Shown one piece after another: positions 18,060 through 27,674 of a stretch of 64,000 nt of DNA. Below the pieces are notes generated by a model. It ran no database searches. It worked only from the letters and a program-made list of their open reading frames with translations, and was not told the origin of the DNA. The stretch covers positions 162,417 to 226,416 of the forward strand of contig JAILXS010000003.1 of NCBI GenBank assembly GCA_050789425.1, written 5' to 3'. Numbering within the stretch: the stretch's first letter is position 1; every line of letters starts with the position of its first letter. A program made the position numbers and the translations under genes. Source of the stretch: Neptuniibacter sp. GTDB taxonomy: Bacteria; Pseudomonadota; Gammaproteobacteria; Pseudomonadales; Balneatricaceae.

Positions 18060-19541
18060 TTAGGCGCTGGCAGCAACTGCTTCTTCAGCAGTTTCATCAG
18101 CCTGCCAAGGTGCCTGCAGTTTTTTCCAACATGGGTTGTTCAGGGTCATATCCATATCGCGGGCAAAGATAGCGAAGCCATCGTAGCCATGATATGGGCC
18201 TGAGTAGTCCCAGCTGTGCATCTGACGGAAAGGCACACCCATCTTCTGGAAGATGTACTTTTCTTTGATACCGGAACCGATTAGGTCAGGCTTAACCTTC
18301 TTAACAAACTCTTCGAATTCGTAACCAGTTACGTCATCGTAAAGCAGAGTAGCGTTGCCCATCTCTTTGATAGTACGGTCGTAATCATCGTTATGAGCGA
18401 ACTCATAACCAGTACCTACAACTTCCATACCCAGATCTTCATACGCACCAATTACGTGGCGTGGACGCAGACCACCGATGTAAAGCATTACGCGCTTACC
18501 TTCGAGACGTGGACGGTACTTATCGATAACTGTCTGATACTCAAGCTTGTACTTAGCGATAACTTCTTCAGCTTTCTGCTGAATAGACTCATCGAAGAAC
18601 GCAGCAATTTTACGTAGAGATTCATCAGTTTTTGTTGGACCAAAGAAGTTGTATTCCATCCAAGGAATGCCGTACTTCTCTTCCATGTGACGTGAGATGT
18701 AGTTCATAGAACGGTAGCAGTGAACCAGGTTCAACTTAACCTTAGGTGTCAGCTCCATCTCAGAGATAGTACCGTCACCAGACCATTGAGCTACAACACG
18801 TAGACCCATCTCTTCAAGCAGGATACGGGAAGACCAAGCATCACCACCGATGTTGTAGTCACCAATGATAGCAACGTCATAATCGGTTTTCTCAAAGCTA
18901 TCGTCATCATCACGTTTATCCAGTGCCCAATCACGAACCGCATCGTTCGCAATGTGGTGACCCAGTGACTGAGATACACCACGGAAACCTTCACAACGTA
19001 CAGGAACAACAGTTTTACCTGTATCTGCAGTTGCTTTTTTAGCTACCGCTTCAATGTCGTCACCAATCAGACCGATTGGACATTCAGACTGGATAGATAC
19101 GCCTTTGTTAAGTGGGAATAGAGATTCCACCTCTTCAAGAAGCTTAGCCAGCTTTTTATCGCCGCCGAATACAATGTCTTTCTCCTGGAAATCAGAAGTA
19201 AAGTTCATAGTAACGAACGCGTTAACGCCGGTAGTACCGATATAATAGTTACGACGACCATTACGTGAGTACTGACCACAGCCAACTGGGCCGTGTGAGA
19301 TGTGGATCATGTCCTTGATAGGACCCCAAACCACACCTTTAGAACCTGCGTAGGCACAACCACGGATGGTCATAACACCTGGCAGGGACTTCTTGTTAGA
19401 CGTGATACATTTTTTAGACTGCTCAACAGATTGATCGTTAGTTGCAAGGTGCTTAGCACGATCTTTCTTTGCTTTAGCAGGATAGACTTCTAGCACTTCC
19501 TGAATGAGTGCATCAGTCTCTTCGCGTGACATGGTTGACAT
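18060..19541 (-). CDS. nifD: Nitrogenase MoFe protein alpha chain NifD
   Basis: 493 aa with the [10 protein letters not shown] (FeMo-co Cys) and [14 protein letters not shown] (FeMo-co His) regions. Confidence 0.97.
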   Translation of the reverse strand: MSTMSREETDALIQEVLEVYPAKAKKDRAKHLATNDQSVEQSKKCITSNKKSLPGVMTIRGCAYAGSKGVVWGPIKDMIHISHGPVGCGQYSRNGRRNYYIGTTGVNAFVTMNFTSDFQEKDIVFGGDKKLAKLLEEVESLFPLNKGVSIQSECPIGLIGDDIEAVAKKATADTGKTVVPVRCEGFRGVSQSLGHHIANDAVRDWALDKRDDDDSFEKTDYDVAIIGDYNIGGDAWSSRILLEEMGLRVVAQWSGDGTISEMELTPKVKLNLVHCYRSMNYISRHMEEKYGIPWMEYNFFGPTKTDESLRKIAAFFDESIQQKAEEVIAKYKLEYQTVIDKYRPRLEGKRVMLYIGGLRPRHVIGAYEDLGMEVVGTGYEFAHNDDYDRTIKEMGNATLLYDDVTGYEFEEFVKKVKPDLIGSGIKEKYIFQKMGVPFRQMHSWDYSGPYHGYDGFAIFARDMDMTLNNPCWKKLQAPWQADETAEEAVAASA

Positions 19542-19627
19542 AACCTGTCTCCTTTACATTATGGGTTGCGAGCAGAAGCTAATCCGCTACATGCTCGTCA
19601 AAAGTAAAACGCTGTGCTGAAGAGCAA

Positions 19628-20566
<939 letters not shown>

Positions 20567-20579
20567 TCACGTCACTAGG

Positions 20580-20595
20580 TGCGAAACTCGTACCA
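20580..20595 (-). promoter_or_regulatory. Sigma54 promoter of nifHDKTY (TGGTAC-GAGTT-TCGCA)
   Basis: Correct GG-N10-GC spacing, ending about 80 nt upstream of the nifH ATG. Confidence 0.8.
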
Positions 20596-20610
20596 ATTGA
20601 AAATAGTTTT

Positions 20611-20624
20611 TCAATCTATTGATA
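20611..20624 (-). promoter_or_regulatory. IHF-like site (TATCAATAGATTGA, WATCAANNNNTTR)
   Basis: Matches the IHF core and lies between the nifH promoter and the UASs. Confidence 0.45.
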
Positions 20625-20643
20625 ATAAAGGATTAATTTTAAT

Positions 20644-20659
20644 TGTTAGGAATGCTACA
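20644..20659. promoter_or_regulatory. NifA-type UAS (TGTTAGGAATGCTACA)
   Basis: Exact TGT-N10-ACA. Confidence 0.65.
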
Positions 20660-20691
20660 CAGGTGTTTTGCACGACAAATCGTCGGTTGTC

Positions 20692-20707
20692 TGTTGTAAT
20701 TCCAACA
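20692..20707. promoter_or_regulatory. NifA-type UAS (TGTTGTAATTCCAACA)
   Basis: Exact TGT-N10-ACA. It is ~100 bp from the nifH promoter and ~117 bp from the divergent plus-strand promoter. Confidence 0.7.
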
Positions 20708-20823
20708 AAAAATATAGGGTTTTGTCGTTGTTGTATCTTTTGCCGGAATAAACCACTCACTCATATCTGATTTAGCGACAAAATTACGACTGTATTTTGG
20801 TTAACTCATTGATTTTTAAGGCG

Positions 20824-20839
20824 TGGCCCGAGTATTGCA
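20824..20839 (+). promoter_or_regulatory. Sigma54 promoter divergent from nifH (TGGCCC-GAGTA-TTGCA)
   Basis: Strong consensus, ending 48 nt upstream of the ATG at 20888. Confidence 0.7.
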
Positions 20840-20887
20840 GAAAGCATTCTATCTATTAATGTATTAAGACCTGCGGGAAGCATTGTT

Positions 20888-21733
20888 ATGTACACAGAAT
20901 TGATTGAAGGCATTAAATCGGGAAAGATCGTGCCTTACTTGGGCCCTGGAGCACTGGCAGATGTCGTCAGTGTCAATGACAAATCCCCTATTCCAGCGGA
21001 TAGCGATAGTTTGATACTGGCTATGAATAATGGCCAGCCCATGGCGCCGCGTTTGATGTATGAGTTCCCGCGTGCAGCTATGAATCTGGAAAATAAAAAG
21101 GGTCGTAGTTTTATCACTCGTTTTATGAATGATACCTACCTGAATACAGAATGGACTGAAGGTAAGCTGTATAGCTGGCTGGCTGATCTAGATGCGCCAT
21201 ACGTTATTGATATAAACCGTGATACACAGATGATTACTCAGTACGCAAATCGTGAACATATTCTGATTCAGGGTTTATCAAGAGTAATGGGAACAGACTT
21301 CCGGTATAAGCTGTTTAAGTATAACGGTAAAAAGTATTCCGAGATCGAACTGAGTGAAGTGATGGCGGGTTTACCTATTCTGTTTAAACCCCATGGGTCT
21401 CCTGTGCCGGAAGCTAACTACATAGCATCAGATGCTGACTTTGTAGATTACATCACTGAACTGATGGGTGGTTTTGCCATTCCTGAATTCATGAAATTGT
21501 ATCGTCAAAATAAACAATACCTGTTTCTGGGAATGCGTTTTACGCGTGATACTCAGCGTATGGTTATGGGTGATATGGTTTATTCTGCTGATAAAAAGCA
21601 GACAGGTTGGGCCTTTATTGAAGAACCTACAGATAAAGAACGTCGTTTTCTTAAGCTTAAGAATGTGGAGATTATCGAGGAACCGTTGAGCAACTTCCTT
21701 GATGCTGCCTATGGGTTGGCTGAAACCGCTTGA
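20888..21733 (+). CDS. SIR2-like (SIR2_2-type) domain protein, 281 aa
   Basis: Motifs recalled from the SIR2_2 family are YLGPGA near the N-terminus, VIDINRD (cf. TNYD), LFKPHGS (cf. KLHGS) and YLFLGMRFTRD (cf. GYSxxD). The CDS itself is well supported. The family call needs a profile search. Confidence 0.6.
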   Translation: MYTELIEGIKSGKIVPYLGPGALADVVSVNDKSPIPADSDSLILAMNNGQPMAPRLMYEFPRAAMNLENKKGRSFITRFMNDTYLNTEWTEGKLYSWLADLDAPYVIDINRDTQMITQYANREHILIQGLSRVMGTDFRYKLFKYNGKKYSEIELSEVMAGLPILFKPHGSPVPEANYIASDADFVDYITELMGGFAIPEFMKLYRQNKQYLFLGMRFTRDTQRMVMGDMVYSADKKQTGWAFIEEPTDKERRFLKLKNVEIIEEPLSNFLDAAYGLAETA

Positions 21734-21748
21734 GTTGAGTTCGTAATT

Positions 21749-21777
21749 AAAAAGAGCGCTTGATGCGCTCTTTTTTT
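21749..21777. terminator. Bidirectional rho-independent terminator
   Basis: AAAAAGAGCGC-ttgat-GCGCTCTTTTTTT between convergent genes. Confidence 0.85.
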
Positions 21778-21782
21778 ATCTC

Positions 21783-22313
21783 TTATTTCAATAACGCTTC
21801 TATTGCCAACTTTAACTGAGTGTCAATTTCAGGGTCTTTAATTGTTTGCGTTTTTGTATCAAAAGCCTCTCTGAATCGTGGAACAGAAATATCTGCAAGT
21901 ACCTCTCCTGCAAAATGGGGAGCTGAATTTTTCGCTTGTGCCAGAACATTCTTAGCACCGCCCGGTCCCGGAGATGTCGCCATGATGATCATGGGTTTAT
22001 CCTGAAATACTTTTTTGTCGATGCGTGAGGTCCAGTCAAACAGATTTTTGTAGGCCGCTGAGTATGTGCCGTTATGTTCGGCATATGAGATAAACAACAC
22101 GTCTGCCGCGCCAATCTTGCTGTAGAACTGTTGTGCTAATGCAGGGGGTTCTCCAAATTCGGCTTCCCTATCTACGCTGAATAACGGAAGTTCAAAATCG
22201 TTAAGATCGAGAACTTCAACCTCTGCGCCCTGAACCAGAGTGGTAGCATAGGTCACGAGCTGTTTATTGATCGAATTACGGCTATTGGTTGCTGCGAAAG
22301 CCAGAATTTTCAT
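21783..22313 (-). CDS. NAD(P)H-dependent FMN reductase family protein
   Basis: The internal ATG at 22313 gives MKILAFAATNSRNSINKQL...FISYAEHNGTYSAAYKN, 176 aa, a flavodoxin-like fold. Confidence 0.75.
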   Translation of the reverse strand: MKILAFAATNSRNSINKQLVTYATTLVQGAEVEVLDLNDFELPLFSVDREAEFGEPPALAQQFYSKIGAADVLFISYAEHNGTYSAAYKNLFDWTSRIDKKVFQDKPMIIMATSPGPGGAKNVLAQAKNSAPHFAGEVLADISVPRFREAFDTKTQTIKDPEIDTQLKLAIEALLK

Positions 22314-22409
22314 GATGCCTCTCTTCAATGCCCGTTCAAGGTAAGTGATAAAGCAACATAACGGAATTAATAGAGTGACGCCACTGAGAGAATGGAAATG
22401 TCTAACCGC

Positions 22410-22441
22410 AAAAATAAAACCGGGAGCTAAATCGCTCCCGG
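22410..22441 (-). terminator. Rho-independent terminator after the FeSII-like gene
   Basis: On the minus strand: CCGGGAGC-gattta-GCTCCCGG followed by TTTTATTTTT. Confidence 0.8.
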
Positions 22442-22477
22442 CCACCCATACAACATATAACTGACCATTAATAGGTC

Positions 22478-22846
22478 TTAAGCGCCACCTGGCTCTCCGG
22501 TGAATTCAATCAACAGATCTTCGTCCGTAATGATTGTCTGACAAGCCAAACGGTAGGTAGGAGGCAGATCTTTAACTTCTGCTTTTTCCTGTTCAGCTTT
22601 TGGCAGTTTGCCTATGGATTTAAGAACACCCTTCTCTTTATCAGTAAGCATCATGCCTTTGATGCGCATACCATCAAGATGAGTGACTTTTACCAGGCAG
22701 GAACCACAAACACCATCTTCACATTCACAAGGAATTTTGATGTTGTTTTCTTTTGCCAGACCTAAGAGCGTGTTGCGCTTACCCGCTACAGCTTCAACCT
22801 TAAGGTTTTTCGCCATAATAGGAGACGTGAAATAAACGTTAGCCAT
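22478..22846 (-). CDS. [2Fe-2S] ferredoxin, Shethna protein II (FeSII)-like
   Basis: 122 aa, the length I recall for A. vinelandii FeSII. It has [14 protein letters not shown]...YRLACQT cysteines and an internal lid-like [21 protein letters not shown] segment. Alignment is needed to confirm. Confidence 0.65.
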   Translation of the reverse strand: MANVYFTSPIMAKNLKVEAVAGKRNTLLGLAKENNIKIPCECEDGVCGSCLVKVTHLDGMRIKGMMLTDKEKGVLKSIGKLPKAEQEKAEVKDLPPTYRLACQTIITDEDLLIEFTGEPGGA

Positions 22847-22888
22847 TAAATAGCTCCCTCACTTTCGTTGTAATGGAATACAGCTAGG

Positions 22889-22904
22889 AGCAAGAAGCGA
22901 ACCA
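22889..22904 (-). promoter_or_regulatory. Candidate sigma54 promoter (TGGTTC-GCTTC-TTGCT)
   Basis: Correct GG-N10-GC spacing, ending 43 nt upstream of the ATG at 22846. There is no perfect UAS upstream. Confidence 0.4.
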
Positions 22905-23067
22905 CAATATAACCAACTGATATTTAAAAGTATTTTCTAAATCTGCGTAGATATGCGTTGTTGATGTGACATTTTTTGTCGTAGACGTGACGAATCAATC
23001 AGACCAGACCGTCCTGTAGGTAGCGTTACCTACAAGACTCATTGGTTGGTCTGTGCTCGCTGATAGA

Positions 23068-23397
23068 TCAGTTAAGGGCTGATTTCTCAACCTCGGGTTC
23101 TTCACTACCGGAACCCATATATTCCTCAAAGTGAGCAACGTATTCCTGCATATTGCCATCGTAAAGCTGGCGAAAACGGTTGGAGAAATAATCAATTGCT
23201 TTAGGTCGGCTTTCTTCAAGCGCTTCAGCACTGGTTACACTGCTAGCAGCAATGTAAGCATTATACCGAGCTGCAGCGTAGATAAAGGCAACACCGGTTT
23301 TATGATCACCATATTTAGCCCCCATTTCGTTTGCTATCTCGATCAGTTTATTAGTGGTATCAAGAAACTCATCGTCCATTAATTCCTGTTCACTCAT
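23068..23397 (-). CDS. DUF3144-like small helical protein, 109 aa
   Basis: The AFIYAAARYNAYI core is shared with the paralog at 40690 (AVMHAASRFNAYH). Confidence 0.55.
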   Translation of the reverse strand: MSEQELMDDEFLDTTNKLIEIANEMGAKYGDHKTGVAFIYAAARYNAYIAASSVTSAEALEESRPKAIDYFSNRFRQLYDGNMQEYVAHFEEYMGSGSEEPEVEKSALN

Positions 23398-23418
23398 ATC
23401 AGCGACCTCTCTAAATAA

Positions 23419-23688
23419 TTAACCGTCTAGTTGAACCAGATGTGTATTCTGCTTTGCCAGATATTGCTCCATTGTGAAGGCCTTAACGCTCAGCGCATGG
23501 AGAATACCGGACTTGAGTTCGGCTTCGAATAATTTCAAAACCCGTTTTTGGCGATCCAGCAGCGATTTGCCTTCAAAGGCTTCGCTGATGATGCTGACGC
23601 TGAAATTGCAGTCTTCACCGCTAATATCCAGCTCTGCACCCGGGAATTCGCCTAAAAGTCTTTCTTCAATTGCTTTAGGGTCGATCAT
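23419..23688 (-). CDS. BolA family protein
   Basis: 89 aa with F.GKSLLDRQKRV......LKSGILHALSVKAFT, typical of BolA/IbaG. It lies directly after the monothiol glutaredoxin. Confidence 0.8.
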   Translation of the reverse strand: MIDPKAIEERLLGEFPGAELDISGEDCNFSVSIISEAFEGKSLLDRQKRVLKLFEAELKSGILHALSVKAFTMEQYLAKQNTHLVQLDG

Positions 23689-23689
23689 C

Positions 23690-24004
23690 TCAACTCCCTG
23701 CTGTATCCAGCATTGGTTTCAGGCTGCCGTCGTCTGCCATCTCACAAATAACGTCAGAACCGCCCACCAATTCACCTTTGATAAACAGTTGCGGATAGGT
23801 AGGCCAGTCAGAGATTGAAGGTAGTTTTTCACGAATAAAAGGCGCTTCCAGTACGTTTACAAAACTGTAGCTGGCACCCAAGGTTTTAAGGGCATTCACC
23901 GCATTGCGCGAAAAGCCGCATTTAGGATCATCCGGTGTGCCTTTCATATAAAGCAGAATCGGGTTGGTCGCTAATTGATTGCGAATTTTGTCTTCAGTAC
24001 TCAT
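23690..24004 (-). CDS. Monothiol glutaredoxin (Grx4/Grx5 type, nif-linked)
   Basis: 104 aa with the CGFS active site (PKCGFSRNAV) and WPTYPQLFI. Confidence 0.9.
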   Translation of the reverse strand: MSTEDKIRNQLATNPILLYMKGTPDDPKCGFSRNAVNALKTLGASYSFVNVLEAPFIREKLPSISDWPTYPQLFIKGELVGGSDVICEMADDGSLKPMLDTAGS

Positions 24005-24019
24005 ACCAACATACTCCTT

Positions 24020-24388
24020 TCACGCGCGTTCATTTGTGCGTGCTGAAATCATCTTCAGGATCTTGCGGTTAGCCGCCAGATCCAATGCTGTAAAATCGTC
24101 CAGCGTTTTCAGAGATGGGTCTGCGCCCTCCTCCAGCAGCAGTTCAACCATCTCGGTTTTGCCTGCTGAAGCGCTGTAAATCAGAGCGGTTGCGCCACCC
24201 TCATTCTGATGATTGATATCAATGCCATGCTGTATCAGAAGAGCAGCTACTTCTCTGTCTTCGCGGTAGCAGGCAAACCACAGTGAATTGTTCCCTTCAT
24301 GGTTTATCTCATCGATATCAACACAAGGTAATAACTTAATAATCTCTACCAGGTCACCATCCAGTACTGATGTGATCAGCGGGGTCAT
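24020..24388 (-). CDS. Ankyrin-repeat protein, 122 aa
   Basis: About three ANK repeats (GNNSLWFACYRE..VAALLIQHGIDIN, GGATALIYSASAGKTEMVELLLEEGADP). Confidence 0.8.
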   Translation of the reverse strand: MTPLITSVLDGDLVEIIKLLPCVDIDEINHEGNNSLWFACYREDREVAALLIQHGIDINHQNEGGATALIYSASAGKTEMVELLLEEGADPSLKTLDDFTALDLAANRKILKMISARTNERA

Positions 24389-24750
24389 GAGAAGATCTCG
24401 CTTTTCTGAATTAAAACCTGCTGTTCCTCGGCGAAATCTTTAACTTTTAGAAACTTCTTCCAGGCAGTAAATCCACCCTTGACGCTAAAACAGTTCTGGA
24501 ACCCAAAGTCGGCAAACAACTTGGCCTTTTCAATGCTGGAATGTCCCAGATAACAGTAAACAATGATGTTTTTATCCTTCGGTGTACGTTTGATTAAAGC
24601 CATAGTGTTATGGTCGCTTAGATTAATGGCGTCCGGGTGGCGAGAGCTGATGTAATCACGTTGATCCCGAGTGTCCAGAATTAGTGCGCCTTTCGTGTTG
24701 ATAAGCTCTTCTGCTTCCTGAACGGTAATCTCTGTAATCTGTGACATCAT
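24385..24750 (-). CDS. Rhodanese-domain sulfurtransferase (RhdN-like)
   Basis: 121 aa with the active-site loop VYCYLGHSS. It has ATGA overlaps at both ends. Confidence 0.85.
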   Translation of the reverse strand: MMSQITEITVQEAEELINTKGALILDTRDQRDYISSRHPDAINLSDHNTMALIKRTPKDKNIIVYCYLGHSSIEKAKLFADFGFQNCFSVKGGFTAWKKFLKVKDFAEEQQVLIQKSEIFS

Positions 24751-26354
24751 TCCCCCCTCTTTAAGTGGTAATAACCGGATAGTTGTGTAATTCGGCTGTC
24801 TTTGATGGGTTCGCCTACGGCAAAGCCATATAGAGCCTGCAGGCTTTTATCTTCCAGCCCCAGAAGTTCGTGGATGGCATCATCAAAGAAGCAGCCAATA
24901 CCTGTTCCGCTGTAGCCCTGAGCTGTTGTTTGTAGATAGAGTTGTTGACCAAGCATGCCCGCTTCGAGATAAAGGTCGGAATAGCTACCTTGATCCAATT
25001 CGGAATAAAGGGCTGCGTATTCGCCCAAAAAGAACAAGGTAAAGCAGCTGTTTGCAGCGATAGCCTGATTGCAACTTAACTGCCCTACTGCTTTACGGGT
25101 ATTGCTGGATTTTATTAGCCAGCTGTTTGGGATGCCTTCAAGGCTTGTTTCACTCCAGGGCTGCCAGCGTTGAATGCAGTTCTGAATAAGTGTTGCGCCT
25201 GAATCTGATCTTGGGATTAGATAAATTCCTGGTTCAAGCCCCTCTACAGAATGTACAAAGCACAGAATATGAATAGCGGTGCTGTCTGGAATAAGCTGGG
25301 TGCTTCCTGGTATTAAGGTACTGATCAGTTGTTCAAAGTCAGCAAGGTTGTATGTGGCAGTCCCATTATAGGCCTGCCCGCTTCGCCGACTAAGAATGAT
25401 GTCAGCAGCATTCTGGCTGGTATCGGTACCGGTAGGTTTGTTATTTCCGATACATGTTAGAGATGGTGTAGTTGTCAGCTCATTTGCTTCTGCGGTTTCC
25501 TGAGCATTTGGCCAGTTAATTACAAATTCACTGCCAAGATTATTTGCGGTTCCTTGCCATTCGCCAGAAAATACCAGAGGAAAAATAGAATCTTCCTTGT
25601 CTAACTGGGTATCCGCACGACTCACACGGTAGATCCATTCAGGGTACTCTTTACCCTGGCCTTTAAAACCTGAATCTGGGAGTCCACAGAGGCTGCGCAA
25701 TTGTAGTTTGGACATGGTGACAGGTGATAAACGCCAGCCCAGCATACCCGCCACCGCATGGCACTGTGACAACTGGTGACCTGCATCAAGCCAGCAGTAG
25801 CGTAACGCTCGCTCTCCGTACTTCCATAGCTCTCGCTGGATAACGCTTGTCTGAATAATGTGAATATCAAATGTGTTCAGAATATCCAGCTCACGACGCA
25901 ATTCGAGCTGATGGCTGTATACATTGTAATGATAGATACCTGCATTGCAGAACATCGTGTGTGGTAATAGCAGGTAAAGCTCACCTGGATGAAGGTTACC
26001 ACTAGAAGGTACTGCTCTTAATGACCAGCTGTCAGGGCCATAGGTTTTCCATGCAGTCAGCCCCGCGCAAAACTGAAGGAAAAACGAAATATTTTCCAGT
26101 GTCAGCATTTCTGGAATGTGTTGGCCGTTCATCAGCTCAGTAAAAAAATAGGGTTTATGATCGCCTCGGCTAAATACTTTGAGGTCGATGGTTTTTGTGC
26201 CTTCGTACTGACGAAACGGATCAGGTTGATCATCCCAATCAAGGGTTTCAGGACCCGGGGCGTAGCCTTTGAAATGATGTTTAGTCAGTTCATGGTAATT
26301 ATCCATAAGCTCACTCAAACTTCTCTCTATTGGGTACGTTTGTGCAGATGTCAT
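24747..26354 (-). CDS. Tandem nitroreductase-fold protein (SagB/ThcOx-type dehydrogenase family)
   Basis: About 535 aa with an N-terminal YHELTKH signature and two nitroreductase-like halves. The ATG at 26354 directly follows the nifQ stop. Confidence 0.7.
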   Translation of the reverse strand: MTSAQTYPIERSLSELMDNYHELTKHHFKGYAPGPETLDWDDQPDPFRQYEGTKTIDLKVFSRGDHKPYFFTELMNGQHIPEMLTLENISFFLQFCAGLTAWKTYGPDSWSLRAVPSSGNLHPGELYLLLPHTMFCNAGIYHYNVYSHQLELRRELDILNTFDIHIIQTSVIQRELWKYGERALRYCWLDAGHQLSQCHAVAGMLGWRLSPVTMSKLQLRSLCGLPDSGFKGQGKEYPEWIYRVSRADTQLDKEDSIFPLVFSGEWQGTANNLGSEFVINWPNAQETAEANELTTTPSLTCIGNNKPTGTDTSQNAADIILSRRSGQAYNGTATYNLADFEQLISTLIPGSTQLIPDSTAIHILCFVHSVEGLEPGIYLIPRSDSGATLIQNCIQRWQPWSETSLEGIPNSWLIKSSNTRKAVGQLSCNQAIAANSCFTLFFLGEYAALYSELDQGSYSDLYLEAGMLGQQLYLQTTAQGYSGTGIGCFFDDAIHELLGLEDKSLQALYGFAVGEPIKDSRITQLSGYYHLKRGE

Positions 26355-26356
26355 TC

Positions 26357-26953
26357 TCACTCCTCCGGCCCAAAGCAATCATCATAAGCTGCGCACTGTT
26401 CGCAACTTGGAGCTCTGCACACATAACTTCCTCCAGACTCGCAAAGTTGTTTGTAAAGGAATCTTTTCCATTTCATATCTTTGTGATTCAAAGCTTTGAG
26501 GTCTGGGTATACCAGTTGTATAAAATCTGAGAGCCAGCTTCTGTCAGGGAAACCTAAATCCCTCCATAAGTGATCGCCACCCATGCAGCCAGTTGCAACG
26601 ATGATAGAGATTTCAGCTTCAAATAATTGATTACGATGGGTTTCTAACAATTCATAAAGCTCCTGAATTTCATCTGCGCGCATACGTAGTAGCTCGTCGC
26701 GGAGCATGCTGCGTTCAATATCCACGGGGTTTGGGGCGAAACTTTGTAAAAACCAGGGTGTCATGTCAGGAAAGCGCCGATCAAAAAACTGCTGGAAGCG
26801 TTCTTCACCCAGGCCCATATGCAGGGGTAATACACCAGTTGATTCCCTGGGTGCAATGATAAGTCTGGCAATATACTGGTCGATCAGACGTTCTCGACTG
26901 GCACCTAGTAATTGCATATATCTGTTATCATGGTCAGTCGCCATCATCAACAT
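26357..26953 (-). CDS. nifQ: NifQ (Mo processing for FeMo-co)
   Basis: C-terminal C-x4-C-x2-C-x5-C motif (CRAPSCEQCAAYDDC). Confidence 0.9.
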   Translation of the reverse strand: MLMMATDHDNRYMQLLGASRERLIDQYIARLIIAPRESTGVLPLHMGLGEERFQQFFDRRFPDMTPWFLQSFAPNPVDIERSMLRDELLRMRADEIQELYELLETHRNQLFEAEISIIVATGCMGGDHLWRDLGFPDRSWLSDFIQLVYPDLKALNHKDMKWKRFLYKQLCESGGSYVCRAPSCEQCAAYDDCFGPEE

Positions 26954-26961
26954 AACGGTCC

Positions 26962-27375
26962 TCAGCTGCAGGCTTGCTGTGAATGGGTTCTAGGACAGGT
27001 TTCTATATCCTCTTGAGGTAACTGCTGTAGACCTATTACACGGTTCAACATCTCGGCATCGAAACCTTGGTAATAGTTATCCGCAATTTGCATAAGTGGC
27101 CTGCGGATAAGTAAAGGGTCATTACATAAGGCATCAATAACTGCATCCGGCTGTGTAATTCGTAGTTTTAACGCTCCGGATTTGAGATCTGGATGGCTGC
27201 GGTTTATCCAGTTTTCACATGCAGCCCTATCCAGATATGGAATCAGAGATTCTTTACTCCAGGATTCCGTTAACAGGTTTCTGGCATCCACCTCATGGCC
27301 TGCTTCCCGTAGCAGCTTTTTCTGCTTGGTGTTGTTAATACAACCAGGCTTTTCGTAGAAGATTACTGTTGCCAT
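26962..27375 (-). CDS. nifO: NifO (ArsC/Spx-fold)
   Basis: 137 aa with VIFYEKPGCINNTKQKKLL. It lies between fdxN and nifQ, as in A. vinelandii. Confidence 0.75.
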   Translation of the reverse strand: MATVIFYEKPGCINNTKQKKLLREAGHEVDARNLLTESWSKESLIPYLDRAACENWINRSHPDLKSGALKLRITQPDAVIDALCNDPLLIRRPLMQIADNYYQGFDAEMLNRVIGLQQLPQEDIETCPRTHSQQACS

Positions 27376-27385
27376 GCCATTTCAC

Positions 27386-27664
27386 CTATCTTGCTGAAAT
27401 TTCCTCAATGGCTTGCTGCATCTTCTCAGGTGGTATGCCTGTGAGAGAACCAGCAGGGTTGACCTCTGAACCAAAGGCATCCAGGATTGCTCCCTCAATT
27501 GGGCAGATGCTGGCACATTGAGTGTCTGAAAAATCCCCTTCGCACTCAGTACACTTCTTGGAATCGATCATGAAGTGGGGGTCAGCGTTATAGATGGCAT
27601 CGCTGGGGCATACATCGATGCATGCCCAGCAGTTAACACAGCTTTCAATGATACTTAGAGCCAT
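27386..27664 (-). CDS. fdxN: 2x[4Fe-4S] ferredoxin FdxN
   Basis: CVNCWACIDVCP and CTEC...CASICP motifs, immediately after nifB. Confidence 0.85.
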   Translation of the reverse strand: MALSIIESCVNCWACIDVCPSDAIYNADPHFMIDSKKCTECEGDFSDTQCASICPIEGAILDAFGSEVNPAGSLTGIPPEKMQQAIEEISAR

Positions 27665-27674
27665 AATTAATCTC

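Noticed and set aside
23014-23033. The palindrome TGTAGGTA-gcgt-TACCTACA downstream of the DUF3144 gene, which resembles a NifA site or a terminator.
   Set aside because: The spacing is TGT-N14-ACA rather than N10. On the minus strand no T-tract follows the 8-bp stem. I cannot support either a UAS or an intrinsic terminator, although it might be an RNA stability hairpin.
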